From: Verrucomicrobiota bacterium
GTDB lineage: Bacteria > Verrucomicrobiota > Verrucomicrobiia > Limisphaerales > JAGWYX01
Assembly: GCA_018969165.1 (NCBI GenBank)
Contig: JAGWYX010000001.1
Location: 1 to 29,463, forward strand
Direction: 5' to 3'
DNA length: 29,463 bases
A model generated the notes under the pieces. That model was not told where the DNA came from. It did not search any database and was given only the letters and a program-made list of their open reading frames with translations. The position numbers and the translations under genes were made by a program. This document shows, piece after piece, positions 1 through 8,879 of this stretch (its first letter is position 1; each line of letters starts with the position of its first letter).

Positions 1-1413
1 GACCTCGATCTGCGGCATCCCGCGCGGAGCCGGCGGGATGTCGGTGAGGTGGAATTTGCCGATGGTCTTGTTGTCGCGCGCCAGGGGGCGTTCGCCCTGC
101 AGGACGTGGATCTCGACGCCGGGCTGATTGTCGGAGGCGGTCGAGAAGATCTCGGATTTGCGGGTGGGGATGGTGGTATTGCGCTCGATGAGTTTGGTGA
201 ACACGCCGCCGAGGGTTTCGATGCCGAGGGACAGCGGGGTCACGTCCAGCAGCAGAACGTCTTTGACTTCGCCTTTGAGGACGCCGCCCTGGATGGCGGC
301 GCCGACGGCGACCACCTCATCGGGGTTAACGCCCTGGTGCGGGGGTTTATCGACGAGCGATTTGGCGGTGTCCACCACGCGGGGCATGCGGGTCATCCCG
401 CCGACCAGGACCAGTTCATCGATCTTCTCGGCCGTGATGCCGGCATCCTTCAGACAATTGCGGACCGGGGTGATGGTGCGCTCGAAGAGGTTATCGCAGA
501 GCTGCTCCATCTTGGCCCGCGTCAGCTTCATGCTGATGTGCTTGGGACCGCTGGCGTCGGCGGTGATGAACGGCAGATTGATCTCGTATTGCTGAGAGCT
601 GGACAAGGCGATCTTGGCTTTCTCGGCTTCCTCCTTGATGCGCTGGAGGGCATCCGGCTGCTTGCGCAGGTCCATGCCGTGCTCCTTCTTGAATTCGTCG
701 AGAATCCAATCCATGAGCCGCGCGTCCCAGTCGTCGCCTCCCAGGTGTGTGTCACCGTTGGTGGCTTTGACCTCGAAGACTCCGTCGCCGATCTCCAGCA
801 CGGAGATGTCGAAGGTGCCGCCGCCCAGGTCATAGACGGCGATCTTCTCGTCCTTCTTTTTGTCCAGACCGTAGGCGAGCGAGGCGGCCGTCGGCTCGTT
901 AATGATGCGGAGCACCTCCAGGCCAGCGATGCGCCCGGCATCTTTGGTGGCCTGCCGTTGCGAATCGTTGAAATACGCGGGCACCGTGATGACGGCCTGG
1001 GTGATCTTTTCGCCCAGCCGCATCTCCGCATCAGCCTTGAGCTTGGCCAGTATCATCGCCGAAACCTCGGGCGGACTGAAGGCCTTTGCCTTGCCTTCGA
1101 CCTCGACTTCGACGGCGGCGTCGCCGTTGGCGGTGCGGACCACCTTGTAAGGCACCCGTTTGATTTCCTCCTGGACCTCGCTGAATTTGCGGCCCATGAA
1201 GCGTTTGATCGAGTAAACCGTATTGCGCGGATTGGTGACCGCCTGACGTTTGGCGGCGTCGCCCACCAGCCGCTCCTCGCTCTTGGTGAAGGCGACCACC
1301 GAGGGGGTGGTCCGTTTGCCTTCCGAATTCTCCAGCACGACCGGCTCGCCCCCCTCCATGATCGCCATGCAGGAGTTGGTCGTTCCCAAATCGATGCCAA
1401 GGACTTTAGCCAT
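1..1413 (-). CDS. dnaK: Chaperone DnaK (Hsp70), 5' part; runs off the left edge
   Basis: Manual translation from ATG at 1413 gives [42 protein letters not shown]..., the Hsp70 N-terminal signature; frame open to position 1. Not in the ORF track because its stop lies outside the window. Confidence 0.99.
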   Translation of the reverse strand, partial: MAKVLGIDLGTTNSCMAIMEGGEPVVLENSEGKRTTPSVVAFTKSEERLVGDAAKRQAVTNPRNTVYSIKRFMGRKFSEVQEEIKRVPYKVVRTANGDAAVEVEVEGKAKAFSPPEVSAMILAKLKADAEMRLGEKITQAVITVPAYFNDSQRQATKDAGRIAGLEVLRIINEPTAASLAYGLDKKKDEKIAVYDLGGGTFDISVLEIGDGVFEVKATNGDTHLGGDDWDARLMDWILDEFKKEHGMDLRKQPDALQRIKEEAEKAKIALSSSQQYEINLPFITADASGPKHISMKLTRAKMEQLCDNLFERTITPVRNCLKDAGITAEKIDELVLVGGMTRMPRVVDTAKSLVDKPPHQGVNPDEVVAVGAAIQGGVLKGEVKDVLLLDVTPLSLGIETLGGVFTKLIERNTTIPTRKSEIFSTASDNQPGVEIHVLQGERPLARDNKTIGKFHLTDIPPAPRGMPQIEV

Positions 1414-1445
1414 AAAATTTCTTCGTTCGCTCTCTCCCCTCCCGT

Positions 1446-1462
1446 AGCAACGACAATGCCAA
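1446..1462 (-). promoter_or_regulatory. Candidate sigma54 (-24/-12) promoter of dnaK
   Basis: Minus strand reads TTGGCATTGTCGTTGCT: GG-N10-GC with TGGCA and TTGC flanks, close to the TGGCAC-N5-TTGC consensus, about 33 nt upstream of the ATG. Confidence 0.65.
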
Positions 1463-1528
1463 GTCGCCATCATTCTCTCAACCATCACATGGACAGCAGA
1501 TTATATATTTACCCCCGACTGAACCCCA

Positions 1529-1592
1529 CGGTCAGACTGCGCCAAATGCGTCAGGGTGGCTCAGTGGAAAGGCCCCTGTCACAGTCAGACTG
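1529..1592. promoter_or_regulatory. Two 11-bp palindromic sites, candidate activator-binding sites
   Basis: CAGTCAGACTG (1582-1592, perfect with 1-nt centre) and CGGTCAGACTG (1529-1539, one mismatch), 53 bp apart, upstream of the sigma54-like motif. Confidence 0.4.
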
Positions 1593-1594
1593 GC

Positions 1595-1649
1595 GCGCTG
1601 AAGGCCGGGATTATGCTACAATCTGGAATACGATTCGCGCCTTCAGCGC
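1595..1649. repeat. 11-bp inverted repeat, REP-like remnant
   Basis: GCGCTGAAGGC (1595-1605) pairs perfectly with GCCTTCAGCGC (1639-1649) across a 33-nt loop. Confidence 0.45.
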
Positions 1650-1766
1650 AGCAAGAGTCTATTCGCGTTACTCCGCGTCCCGAGACGGAGGAGAACGTGG
1701 CGCTCATGCGTGCGCCCAAGCTCGGGATCATTCTGCGTAAACCTGCGGGCCTCGGACGCAAGTCCG

Positions 1767-2429
1767 TCATTTCTCCATCCAGCCGTCGCGCAAGCGGATG
1801 ATCCGGTGTCCATAGGCGGCCCAGGCCTCGTTGTGGGTCACCTGGATGATCGCGGTGCCCTGCGCGTTCAACTTCTTGAAAAGCTCCATGATCTCGCGGC
1901 CCTGGTCGGTGTGGAGATTGCCAGTCGGTTCGTCGGCGAGAATCAAGGCGGGCTTGGCGACCAGCGCGCGCGCCACGGCTACCAACTGCTGTTGGCCGCC
2001 CGAGAGTTGGCTCGGGAACAAATCCTTCTTGGCCACCATCCCGAACCGGTCCAGCAGGTCCGCGACGATCGCCTGGCGCTCGGGCTTCTTGATGTCCCGG
2101 TAGGAAAGCGGGATGTCGAGGTTCTCCGCCACGGTCAAGTCGTCGAGCAGGTGAAACTGTTGGAAGACAAACCCGATGTGCCGCTTGTTCAGCGCGGCGC
2201 GCTGCTTGACGGGCAGCTTGTGCACGGCCTGGTCGAGAAAATGGAATTCACCGTCCCAGGCGTGGTCGTACAGGCCCAGGATGCTGAGCAAGGTGGACTT
2301 GCCGGCGCCCGAGGGGCCCATGATGGTAAGGAACTCGCCGTCCCCGATGTCCAGGTTGATCTGGCGCAGCAGGTAGAGAGGGCCGGCCTTGGTGTCGATG
2401 TGTTTTTCCAGGTTGCGGAGTTGGATCAT
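1767..2429 (-). CDS. ABC transporter ATP-binding protein (LolD/MacB-like)
   Basis: Walker [11 protein letters not shown]-loop FVFQQFHL, signature LSGGQQ, Walker [13 protein letters not shown]-loop QVTH; 220 aa. Confidence 0.97.
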   Translation of the reverse strand: MIQLRNLEKHIDTKAGPLYLLRQINLDIGDGEFLTIMGPSGAGKSTLLSILGLYDHAWDGEFHFLDQAVHKLPVKQRAALNKRHIGFVFQQFHLLDDLTVAENLDIPLSYRDIKKPERQAIVADLLDRFGMVAKKDLFPSQLSGGQQQLVAVARALVAKPALILADEPTGNLHTDQGREIMELFKKLNAQGTAIIQVTHNEAWAAYGHRIIRLRDGWMEK

Positions 2430-2432
2430 AAA

Positions 2433-2490
2433 AGTCGTCCGTGGTCAGTTGTTAGTCGTCAGTCGTCCGTGGCCAGTTGTCAGTGGTCAG
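2433..2490. repeat. Degenerate GTCAGTG-type repeats containing two copies of a 17-mer
   Basis: AGTCGTCCGTGGTCAGT at 2433-2449, AGTCGTCCGTGGCCAGT at 2461-2477, then GTCAGTGGTCAG; the same 17-mer recurs at 5026-5042. Confidence 0.75.
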
Positions 2491-2595
2491 GAGCAGGGAG
2501 GCGTGGGGCAGTGGGGCTGGAGTTGTATGAACATCACTTCGAAGATTCTGCACTCGCGTACGTCAATCGCAAGGCCCAGTCAAGGTCGGAGGGAA

Positions 2596-2620
2596 AATCT
2601 GCAATCTGCAATCTGCAATC
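2596..2620. repeat. Heptamer tandem repeat (AATCTGC) x3.6
   Basis: AATCTGC AATCTGC AATCTGC AATC directly downstream of the permease stop codon. Confidence 0.85.
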
Positions 2621-2623
2621 GGC

Positions 2624-5014
2624 TCACTCGCATCGCAGCGCCTCCATCGGGTGAATCCGGGTGGCGCGCCAGGCGGGCACCCAGCACGCGAGCAACGCGA
2701 CCGCACCCAGCAGGACGGCGATCGCGCCGAAGGTGAGCGGGTCCGACGAGCTAACCCCAAACAGCAGGCTCCGCATCAGGGGCGTTGTCGCCAGCGCTAG
2801 AGCGAGGCCGATACCGACCCCAGTCAGGACCAGGCGCAATCCCTGGCGCAGCACCAGCCAGCCGACCGACTTCGGCGACGCGCCCAGGGCCAGGCGAATC
2901 GCAAGCTCCCGGTTCCGCCGGCCCACGACGTAGGAGAAGACGCCGAAGATCCCGCCCATGGCCATGAGCAAGGCCGCCCCCGCCAGAATCCCGATCAGCG
3001 CGGAATACAACCGCCGCAGCCAGATCGAACGCGTGAGCCGCTCTTGGAGCGTGGCGACGCCGAACACGGGTAGTTCCGGGTCGGTCTGCCGCAGGAGGGC
3101 GCGCACGGCGGGGAGAATCGTGGCGGGCGGACCAGCCGCGCGCACCACCACGGACATCTGGCCCAGCGGCATCTGCGCATACGGCAAATAGACCCCGGGG
3201 ATCATGGGCCGGTCCATGCCGTAGTGCTTCACGTCGTGCACGACTCCGACCACCGTCATCCACGGGCGGTTGGAACCGCGCGAGCGGATACGCTTGCCTA
3301 ACGCTTCCTGGTTCGGCCAGAACTGCTGGACGAAGAGTTCGTTGACGACGACCGCCAGAGCGCCTTCGTTCAGCCCATCGCGCTCGGTGAAGGTCCGCCC
3401 TTTCAAGAGCCGGATCCCCATCGTCTCGAAGTAACCCGGGAACGCGATGCGCTGCAGCACCACGGGGTCCGGATCTTGCGGTCGGCGTGGGGCGGCATGC
3501 TCGATATCAAAGAACGTGCCCCAGTGCTCGCCCAATGGCGGCGCGCTCACGGCGCTGGCGTCCATGACCCCAGGCAAATGCCGCACCGCCTCCAAGTGGT
3601 TTCGGAAGAAAGCGACGCGCGCCTCCGGCGAACCGTATTTACCAGCCGGCAGCGCCAGCTCATAAAGGAGAACATTGGCCGGGCGGTAACCGGGATCGGC
3701 GCGTTGCAGCCAACGAAAGGCCTGCACGAGCAATCCGGCCTGGATGGTCACCACGACGGTGATGGCCAGTTCCGCCACGACCAAGGCATTCAGCGCGCGG
3801 CGCCTGGGGATCGATACCGTGGATTGCTGGGCGGAGGACTGCAGCGCTCCCGGACGGATGGTGCCGAGGGCGGAACGGATGGTCGGGAGCGCGCCGAGGC
3901 ACCCCACCGCCAGCACCAGCAACAGGATGAACAGACCGACACGCCAATCGAAGTCAAAATGCAACCAGCCCGGCAGCATCCCCCCCAGGGCGGCCAGCAA
4001 GGCGCGTAGCCCCCAAAACCCCAGGCAGGCGCCCAGGACCCCGCCTAGACCCGATACCAGCAACGCCTCAATCCCAATCAAGCGCGCGACGCTCCACCCC
4101 GTGGCACCCAAGGCCAAACGCACCCCGAACTCACGGGACCGGGCCAGGCCGCGCGCCAACATCAGGGCGGCGACGTTGCCGCCGGCGATGACGAGCACCA
4201 GCAGCGCGGCAGACAGAAAAACATCGATCACCAGGCGTGCCGGTCCGAAATAGCGTTCGCTGAGCGGAGAGAGCCGCGGGAAGGTGTTCTCAGTGGCCTT
4301 GCGCTGGTCGATCAGCGAGCGGTGGACGCGCCGCAGCTCCTCGCGGGCTTGGGCCAGTGTGGCCCCGGGCTTCAACCGACCCGCGCCACTGAGATACCAG
4401 TTATCTTGCGAGTTCGAATTCTCGGCCAACGGGACCCAGAGGTCGGTGTTTTCAAGCATGGACGTGTCTTTCGGGAGCACGCCGACGATGGTGTAAACGT
4501 CCTGGTCCAGCCGCAGGCTCTGGCCCAGAATGTCGGCGCCCCCAAACAACCGCTGCCACAATCGTTGACCGAGCACCACGACCTTGGCGCCACCCGGCCG
4601 GTCCTCCTCGGGGGTGAAGAACCGTCCCAGGACTGGCTGAAGACCCAGCACCGCCGCCAGGTCGTGCGTTACGCGTGCTCCGCTGACCCGCTCCACACTG
4701 GATCGAGTGGCGAGATTGTAAGCGCCTCCGGCCCACGCCCCCATGCTCTGGAAGCACCGGCTCTCGCGTCGCCACGCGTCGAAACTCAGGTACGACAGGC
4801 CGGTGTATTCCAGGTTCCAGCGCGGCGCGGTTTCGTCCAGGTCAACCAACCGGTCCGCCTCCCGGAACGGAAACGGACGCAGGAAGAACGAATTGTAAAA
4901 GCTGAACGCGACGATATTGCCGGCGATGCCGAGGGCCAGGACCAGCACGGCGACGGCGGTGAACCCGGGGTTCTTGAGCAACTGACGAACGGCGAATCTC
5001 AGGTCGTTGAGCAT
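2624..5014 (-). CDS. ABC transporter permease, duplicated MacB/FtsX type (ADOP-like)
   Basis: N-terminus MLNDLRFAVRQLLKNPGFTAVAVLVLALGI, two REFGVRLALGA/RELAIRLALGA motifs, C-terminal PAWRATRIHPMEALRCE; 796 aa with two periplasmic and two FtsX-like modules. Confidence 0.95.
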   Translation of the reverse strand: MLNDLRFAVRQLLKNPGFTAVAVLVLALGIAGNIVAFSFYNSFFLRPFPFREADRLVDLDETAPRWNLEYTGLSYLSFDAWRRESRCFQSMGAWAGGAYNLATRSSVERVSGARVTHDLAAVLGLQPVLGRFFTPEEDRPGGAKVVVLGQRLWQRLFGGADILGQSLRLDQDVYTIVGVLPKDTSMLENTDLWVPLAENSNSQDNWYLSGAGRLKPGATLAQAREELRRVHRSLIDQRKATENTFPRLSPLSERYFGPARLVIDVFLSAALLVLVIAGGNVAALMLARGLARSREFGVRLALGATGWSVARLIGIEALLVSGLGGVLGACLGFWGLRALLAALGGMLPGWLHFDFDWRVGLFILLLVLAVGCLGALPTIRSALGTIRPGALQSSAQQSTVSIPRRRALNALVVAELAITVVVTIQAGLLVQAFRWLQRADPGYRPANVLLYELALPAGKYGSPEARVAFFRNHLEAVRHLPGVMDASAVSAPPLGEHWGTFFDIEHAAPRRPQDPDPVVLQRIAFPGYFETMGIRLLKGRTFTERDGLNEGALAVVVNELFVQQFWPNQEALGKRIRSRGSNRPWMTVVGVVHDVKHYGMDRPMIPGVYLPYAQMPLGQMSVVVRAAGPPATILPAVRALLRQTDPELPVFGVATLQERLTRSIWLRRLYSALIGILAGAALLMAMGGIFGVFSYVVGRRNRELAIRLALGASPKSVGWLVLRQGLRLVLTGVGIGLALALATTPLMRSLLFGVSSSDPLTFGAIAVLLGAVALLACWVPAWRATRIHPMEALRCE

Positions 5015-5022
5015 GAGTGAAG

Positions 5023-5051
5023 GTCAGTCGTCCGTGGTCAGTGGTCAGTGG
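5023..5051. repeat. GTCAGTG-type repeat with the shared 17-mer upstream of the permease start
   Basis: GTCAGTCGTCCGTGGTCAGTGGTCAGTGG; identical 17-mer to 2433-2449. Confidence 0.75.
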
Positions 5052-5129
5052 ACTGATGTCGGTTCCGGCGGGTTCGACGTTCTCCGTTCCTGGCGCCTGG
5101 GTCAATGCTTATCATCCGGCGTCGCGTCA

Positions 5130-5327
5130 TCAGGTTTTCAAATAGTGACGCTTCACGCACCTCCTCCATTTACCCGGTCGTTCCACGGCGCCATGCGCCT
5201 TGACCAGCTCGTCCGCCTCCGCGCAGCCGGAAGGGAACTTGACCGCGTCCAAGCTGGCGCCCGCGTCGAGCAAGGCGCGGACCGAGTCGGGCGCGCACGG
5301 TCCCGAGACCGCGATTTGACCCGCGTT
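5130..5327 (-). pseudogene. Start-less C-terminal remnant of a second ankyrin-repeat protein
   Basis: Frame reads ...DSVRALLDAGASLDAVKFPSGCAEADELVKAHGA (5187-5288) to TGA at 5130; resembles the end of ankyrin proteins; shifted frame relative to the upstream ankyrin gene, with an upstream in-frame stop at 5355-5357 and no start. Confidence 0.5.
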
Positions 5328-5328
5328 T

Positions 5329-6066
5329 TTAGCGGGCGGAATCCACTTGGGCCCTCAGCCAGTTTATCAGCGCCTCCCGCCCCGTATCCATCCCCGCGCT
5401 CCGAGCGATGGCCAGCGGGTTCTCCTTGGCGTAGTCCGGGATCCAATTCAGGTCCACGTCGCGAGCAAACAGAAACTCCGCCGTGCGGCGATACCCCCCC
5501 CGACAGGCGTGCCAGAAGGCGTGGTTGACCTCTTCACTCGATGGGGCGGGAGCCTCCTGGAGGAACTTCTCCACTCGAGCCGTCATGCCGAGCGCCGCGG
5601 CTTGCCATAGCTTTTCGACCTTGGCCCCGTGCTGGAGGAGCAGCCGCGCCACGCGCCAGCACCCGTAACCGATCGCGTTTTCCAAGGCGGTGCCTCCGGC
5701 AATGGACCCGCCCCGGGCCTCGATCTCCGCGCCCCCAACGACCAGGGCCTCGGCAACCTCGACATCGTCGTTGCTGGCCGCATACTGGAGCGGGGTCTCG
5801 CCCGCTTCGCCTTTGGCCCCTTCAGTCCTGACATTCGGATCGGCGCCGGCGGCCAGGAGCAACTTCGCGACCGCCGGGCCGTTAGGGAAGAACCCGGGCC
5901 AATCGGTGACGACGTGCAAGACGGTTTGCGAGCCGCGAGCGCCCTGGATCCGCGCGGCGGCAAGTCCGGCATGGGCCGCCAGCAGGCCTGGCAGGGCCTC
6001 CACGTCGCCCGCCTTGATCGCGCGCACGACTTGGCCAGCCAATGGATCATCCGCTCTGAGTATCAT
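5329..6066 (-). CDS. Ankyrin repeat protein
   Basis: Ankyrin motifs TVLHVV..., ETPLQYAASNDDVEVAEALVVGGAEIE, TALENAIGYG, NPLAIA. ATG 6066 preferred over ORF-track 6159 because it avoids overlap with gmhB and follows a TTGACG-17-GATGGT promoter-like motif (6110-6082). Confidence 0.9.
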   Translation of the reverse strand: MILRADDPLAGQVVRAIKAGDVEALPGLLAAHAGLAAARIQGARGSQTVLHVVTDWPGFFPNGPAVAKLLLAAGADPNVRTEGAKGEAGETPLQYAASNDDVEVAEALVVGGAEIEARGGSIAGGTALENAIGYGCWRVARLLLQHGAKVEKLWQAAALGMTARVEKFLQEAPAPSSEEVNHAFWHACRGGYRRTAEFLFARDVDLNWIPDYAKENPLAIARSAGMDTGREALINWLRAQVDSAR

Positions 6067-6122
6067 GGTGCGCCTGCCGCCACCATCCTCAGCAGCCGCG
6101 GCGGCGTCAACCGTTATTTGAT

Positions 6123-6683
6123 TCAGCCGATTCCGGAGTGAGCCTGAGCCAAAATCCATGCCACCGCCGCCGCCACGTCATCCACGATGACGGCCGGGGC
6201 AAGCTTGCCGGACTCGGTGCGCTCCAGCTCGGCACCGTAGCCGGTGCGGACCAGCAGGCTCTGGCGGACGCCGGCGTTCCAGCCGCACTCGAGGTCGATC
6301 CGCTTGTCGCCGACCATGTAACTGCGCGCCAGGTCCACGTCGAATTCGTCCCGGGCGTCGAACAGGAACTGCGGCGACGGCTTCCGGCCGCGACTCGGCT
6401 GCTCGGGCGCCTCGGGCGCCACATAGAACCGCTGGAGCCGGACCCCCGCCCGCTGCAATTCCGCGGCGAGGTGCGCGTGCACGCGTTCGACGTCCGCCAG
6501 CGTGAAATAGCCGCGACCGACTCCCGACTGGTTGGTCACGACGAACAGGAGAAACCCGGCGTGCTGCAGCCGCCGGAGGGCGTCGCTCACGCCGGGGAAA
6601 ATGACGACCTCCTCCGCTCGGTGCAGGTAATGACGCTCCTGGATGAGCACGCCGTCGCGATCGAAGAACACGGCGGGGCTCAT
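6123..6683 (-). CDS. gmhB: D-glycero-D-manno-heptose 1,7-bisphosphate phosphatase (HAD IIIA)
   Basis: [13 protein letters not shown] (DxD), VVTNQSGVGRG, RKPSP, MVGDK motifs; ATG overlaps the rfaE1 stop (ATGA). Confidence 0.93.
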   Translation of the reverse strand: MSPAVFFDRDGVLIQERHYLHRAEEVVIFPGVSDALRRLQHAGFLLFVVTNQSGVGRGYFTLADVERVHAHLAAELQRAGVRLQRFYVAPEAPEQPSRGRKPSPQFLFDARDEFDVDLARSYMVGDKRIDLECGWNAGVRQSLLVRTGYGAELERTESGKLAPAVIVDDVAAAVAWILAQAHSGIG

Positions 6684-7723
6684 CTTCCGCCATCGAAACT
6701 GGCCAGCAACTCCGTCCGGCCGACCGTCGCCGTGCCCACCTTGCCGACCACCACGCCCGCCGCGCGATTGGAAAAAATCGCGGCCTCGACCGGCGAGGCC
6801 CCGGCCACGACCGCCAGCGTGAACGACGCAATCACCGTGTCGCCGGCGCCCGACACGTCGAACACCTCGCGGGCCGCGGTCGGGATGTGGACCGGTTTCT
6901 GGCCGCGCTGACACAGGAGCATGCCTTGCTCGCCCAGGGTGACCAGCAGCAGGGCCGGTTGCAAATCGCGCAGGAGGATTTCCGCCGCCCGCAACAGGCT
7001 CGCGTCCGCCAACGGATCGGGCGCGCGCGTGCCATCCGACAGGCCGGCCAGTTCGAAGACTTCGGTGCGGTTGGGGGTGATGAGGGACAGCCCACGCAGG
7101 TCCAGGTGATGGACCGGCTTGGGGTCCAGGCTCAGCCAGATACCGCGCCGACGACAGGTCTGGCGCAGTTCATCGAGCAGGCGCTGGGTGATCACGCCCT
7201 TGCCGTAATCGCCGACAATCACGGCGTCGGCCCGTGCCAGGCGCGCCCGCAGGGCACCCAGCAATCGCGCCACCATCCCCGAATCCAGTTCCACGCGGGA
7301 CTCGCGGTCCATCCGCACGACCTGCTGCTGATGAGCGATGATCCGGGTCTTGATGCTCGTGGGCCGCGCGCGATGGGCCAGCACGCCGTCACAATCGACC
7401 GTTTGTTCGAGTAATAACCGCCGGAGTTGCCTCGCCGGTTCGTCATGGCCCACCACCCCGAACAACTCCGCCCGCGCCCCGAGGGCCGTCAGATTCCGCG
7501 CGACGTTGGCGGCCCCGCCAGGCATGCAACTCTCTCGATCGAACTCGACGACCGGCACCGGCGCTTCCGGCGAGATGCGCGCCACGCGGCCCCAGATGAA
7601 TTGGTCGAGGATCACGTCGCCTACGACCAATACGCGGCTTCGGGCGGCGCGAGCCAGCAGGCCGGCCACGCGGCGGAGCGGAAGTGTCGTCCCAGGCAGA
7701 GGCATAATTCGCTGGGCAATCAC
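6680..7723 (-). CDS. rfaE1: D-glycero-beta-D-manno-heptose-7-phosphate kinase (RfaE domain I, PfkB family)
   Basis: [60 protein letters not shown]; no adenylyltransferase domain. GTG start overlaps thiG stop (GTGA); ATG 7705 is an alternative. Confidence 0.95.
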   Translation of the reverse strand: MIAQRIMPLPGTTLPLRRVAGLLARAARSRVLVVGDVILDQFIWGRVARISPEAPVPVVEFDRESCMPGGAANVARNLTALGARAELFGVVGHDEPARQLRRLLLEQTVDCDGVLAHRARPTSIKTRIIAHQQQVVRMDRESRVELDSGMVARLLGALRARLARADAVIVGDYGKGVITQRLLDELRQTCRRRGIWLSLDPKPVHHLDLRGLSLITPNRTEVFELAGLSDGTRAPDPLADASLLRAAEILLRDLQPALLLVTLGEQGMLLCQRGQKPVHIPTAAREVFDVSGAGDTVIASFTLAVVAGASPVEAAIFSNRAAGVVVGKVGTATVGRTELLASFDGGR

Positions 7724-8502
7724 TCCAGAAACGCCGTCAAGGGACTGGTGGGACTGGCCGTTTCCTGCCGCGCCGCCAACCCGACCTCGAATGCGGCGCG
7801 CCCGGCTTCGACGGCCAGTTTGAAAGCCATCGCCATCCGGTTGGGATTGGCGGCCACGGCAATCGCCGTGTTGACCAGCACCGCGTCGGCTCCCAATTCC
7901 ATCGCCTCGGCCGCGTGGCTGGGCGCGCCCAGGCCGGCATCGACAACGACCGGCACGGTCGCCTGCTCCAGGATGATGCGCACCTGGTCGCGGGTCTGCA
8001 GGCCCCGGTTGGAGCCAATGGGCGAACCCAGCGGCATGACCGTCGCCACGCCAACTTCCTGCAGCCGCTTGGCCAGCACGGGGTCCGCGTTGATGTAGGG
8101 CAGGACCACGAACCCCTCCCGCACCAGCGTTTCCGCCGCAGCCAACGTCTCGACCGGATCGGGCAGCAAATAGCGAGGGTCAGGATGAATCTCGAGCTTG
8201 ATCCAGCGGGGCAAGCCGGCCGCCGCCGCCAATCGCGCCAACCGCACCGCCTCGACCGCGTCGCGGGCGCCGCTGGTGTTGGGCAGGACGAGATACCGTT
8301 TGGGATCGAGAAAATCCAGGATGTTGGCGAACGGGTCGTGCCGGCCACTCAGATCGGCCCGTCGCAGGGCGACAGTGACCAACTCGGCGCCGCTGGCTTC
8401 CAACGCGTCGCGCATCGCCTCCGGCGAGGAAAACTTGCCGGTGCCCAGGATCAGGCGGGAGCGAAACTCGCGGCCGGCGATGACTAAGGCCTGTGTCAAC
8501 AT
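7720..8502 (-). CDS. thiG: Thiazole synthase
   Basis: [30 protein letters not shown] (catalytic Lys), [48 protein letters not shown]. Confidence 0.98.
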   Translation of the reverse strand: MLTQALVIAGREFRSRLILGTGKFSSPEAMRDALEASGAELVTVALRRADLSGRHDPFANILDFLDPKRYLVLPNTSGARDAVEAVRLARLAAAAGLPRWIKLEIHPDPRYLLPDPVETLAAAETLVREGFVVLPYINADPVLAKRLQEVGVATVMPLGSPIGSNRGLQTRDQVRIILEQATVPVVVDAGLGAPSHAAEAMELGADAVLVNTAIAVAANPNRMAMAFKLAVEAGRAAFEVGLAARQETASPTSPLTAFLE

Positions 8503-8510
8503 CGAGGGGA

Positions 8511-8539
8511 AACATAAACGTGGGCGTTCCGCGAGTCGA
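8511..8539 (-). promoter_or_regulatory. Candidate sigma70-type promoter of thiG
   Basis: TCGACT-N17-TATGTT, with the -10 box ending 8 nt before the ATG. Confidence 0.45.
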
Positions 8540-8638
8540 GGGGCGAGTGGCCGGGGCGGTTCGCGGGCCGAATCGGTGCCGGGGAGAAGCCCGGCAATTT
8601 TTCGCTTTCAATTCCCCAGAACCGGCTACAATTCCGTC

Positions 8639-8860
8639 ATGGAAGATGAATTGAAAACGGTGCCACCGCCCGCCGCCGGCGAGTCGAGCATGTCCGAGCC
8701 CGGGCCGTGTGGCCTCGGCCTGTTCGCGATCGGGTTTGTGGGATTCCTGCTCAGCGCGGCCGGAGTAATCACCGCATCCGTCCCGCTACTGGGAGTCGGC
8801 CTGCTGTTGGCGGTCGGCAGTTTGAGCTGCTTCATCCTTTGCGGCAAGGCGACGCGATAA
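8639..8860 (+). CDS. Small hypothetical membrane protein (73 aa)
   Basis: Two hydrophobic segments (LGLFAIGFVGFLLSAAGVITA; VPLLGVGLLLAVGSLSCFIL); TACAAT box (8627-8632) lies 6 nt before the ATG. Confidence 0.6.
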   Translation: MEDELKTVPPPAAGESSMSEPGPCGLGLFAIGFVGFLLSAAGVITASVPLLGVGLLLAVGSLSCFILCGKATR

Positions 8861-8879
8861 TCCGGGGAGCCGGACTGCC

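Noticed and set aside
1414-1600. Expected CIRCE/HrcA operator upstream of dnaK
   Set aside because: No TTAGCACTC-N9-GAGTGCTAA-like inverted repeat found by eye.
1678-1730. Resemblance to an SAH riboswitch (CCCGAG...CCAAGCTCGGG)
   Set aside because: Lacks the GAGCG/CGCUC pseudoknot and CUGCAA core, and no gene lies downstream in that orientation.
49-1740. 563-aa plus-strand ORF
   Set aside because: Antisense shadow of dnaK; such ORFs are a known artefact, often mislabelled NAD-specific glutamate dehydrogenase.
1556-1801. 81-aa ORF with a PRPETEE string resembling PrmC/HemK
   Set aside because: Only a short motif match, no methyltransferase fold, and it overlaps regulatory palindromes and the ATPase end.
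2495-2580. Possible gene fragment (GLELYEHHFEDSALAYV) between permease and ATPase
   Set aside because: Too short, on the opposite strand and not assignable to any family.
8503-8640. Expected TPP riboswitch upstream of thiG
   Set aside because: No CTGAGA or CCTGA...AGGGA motifs, and the predicted promoter leaves no room for a leader.
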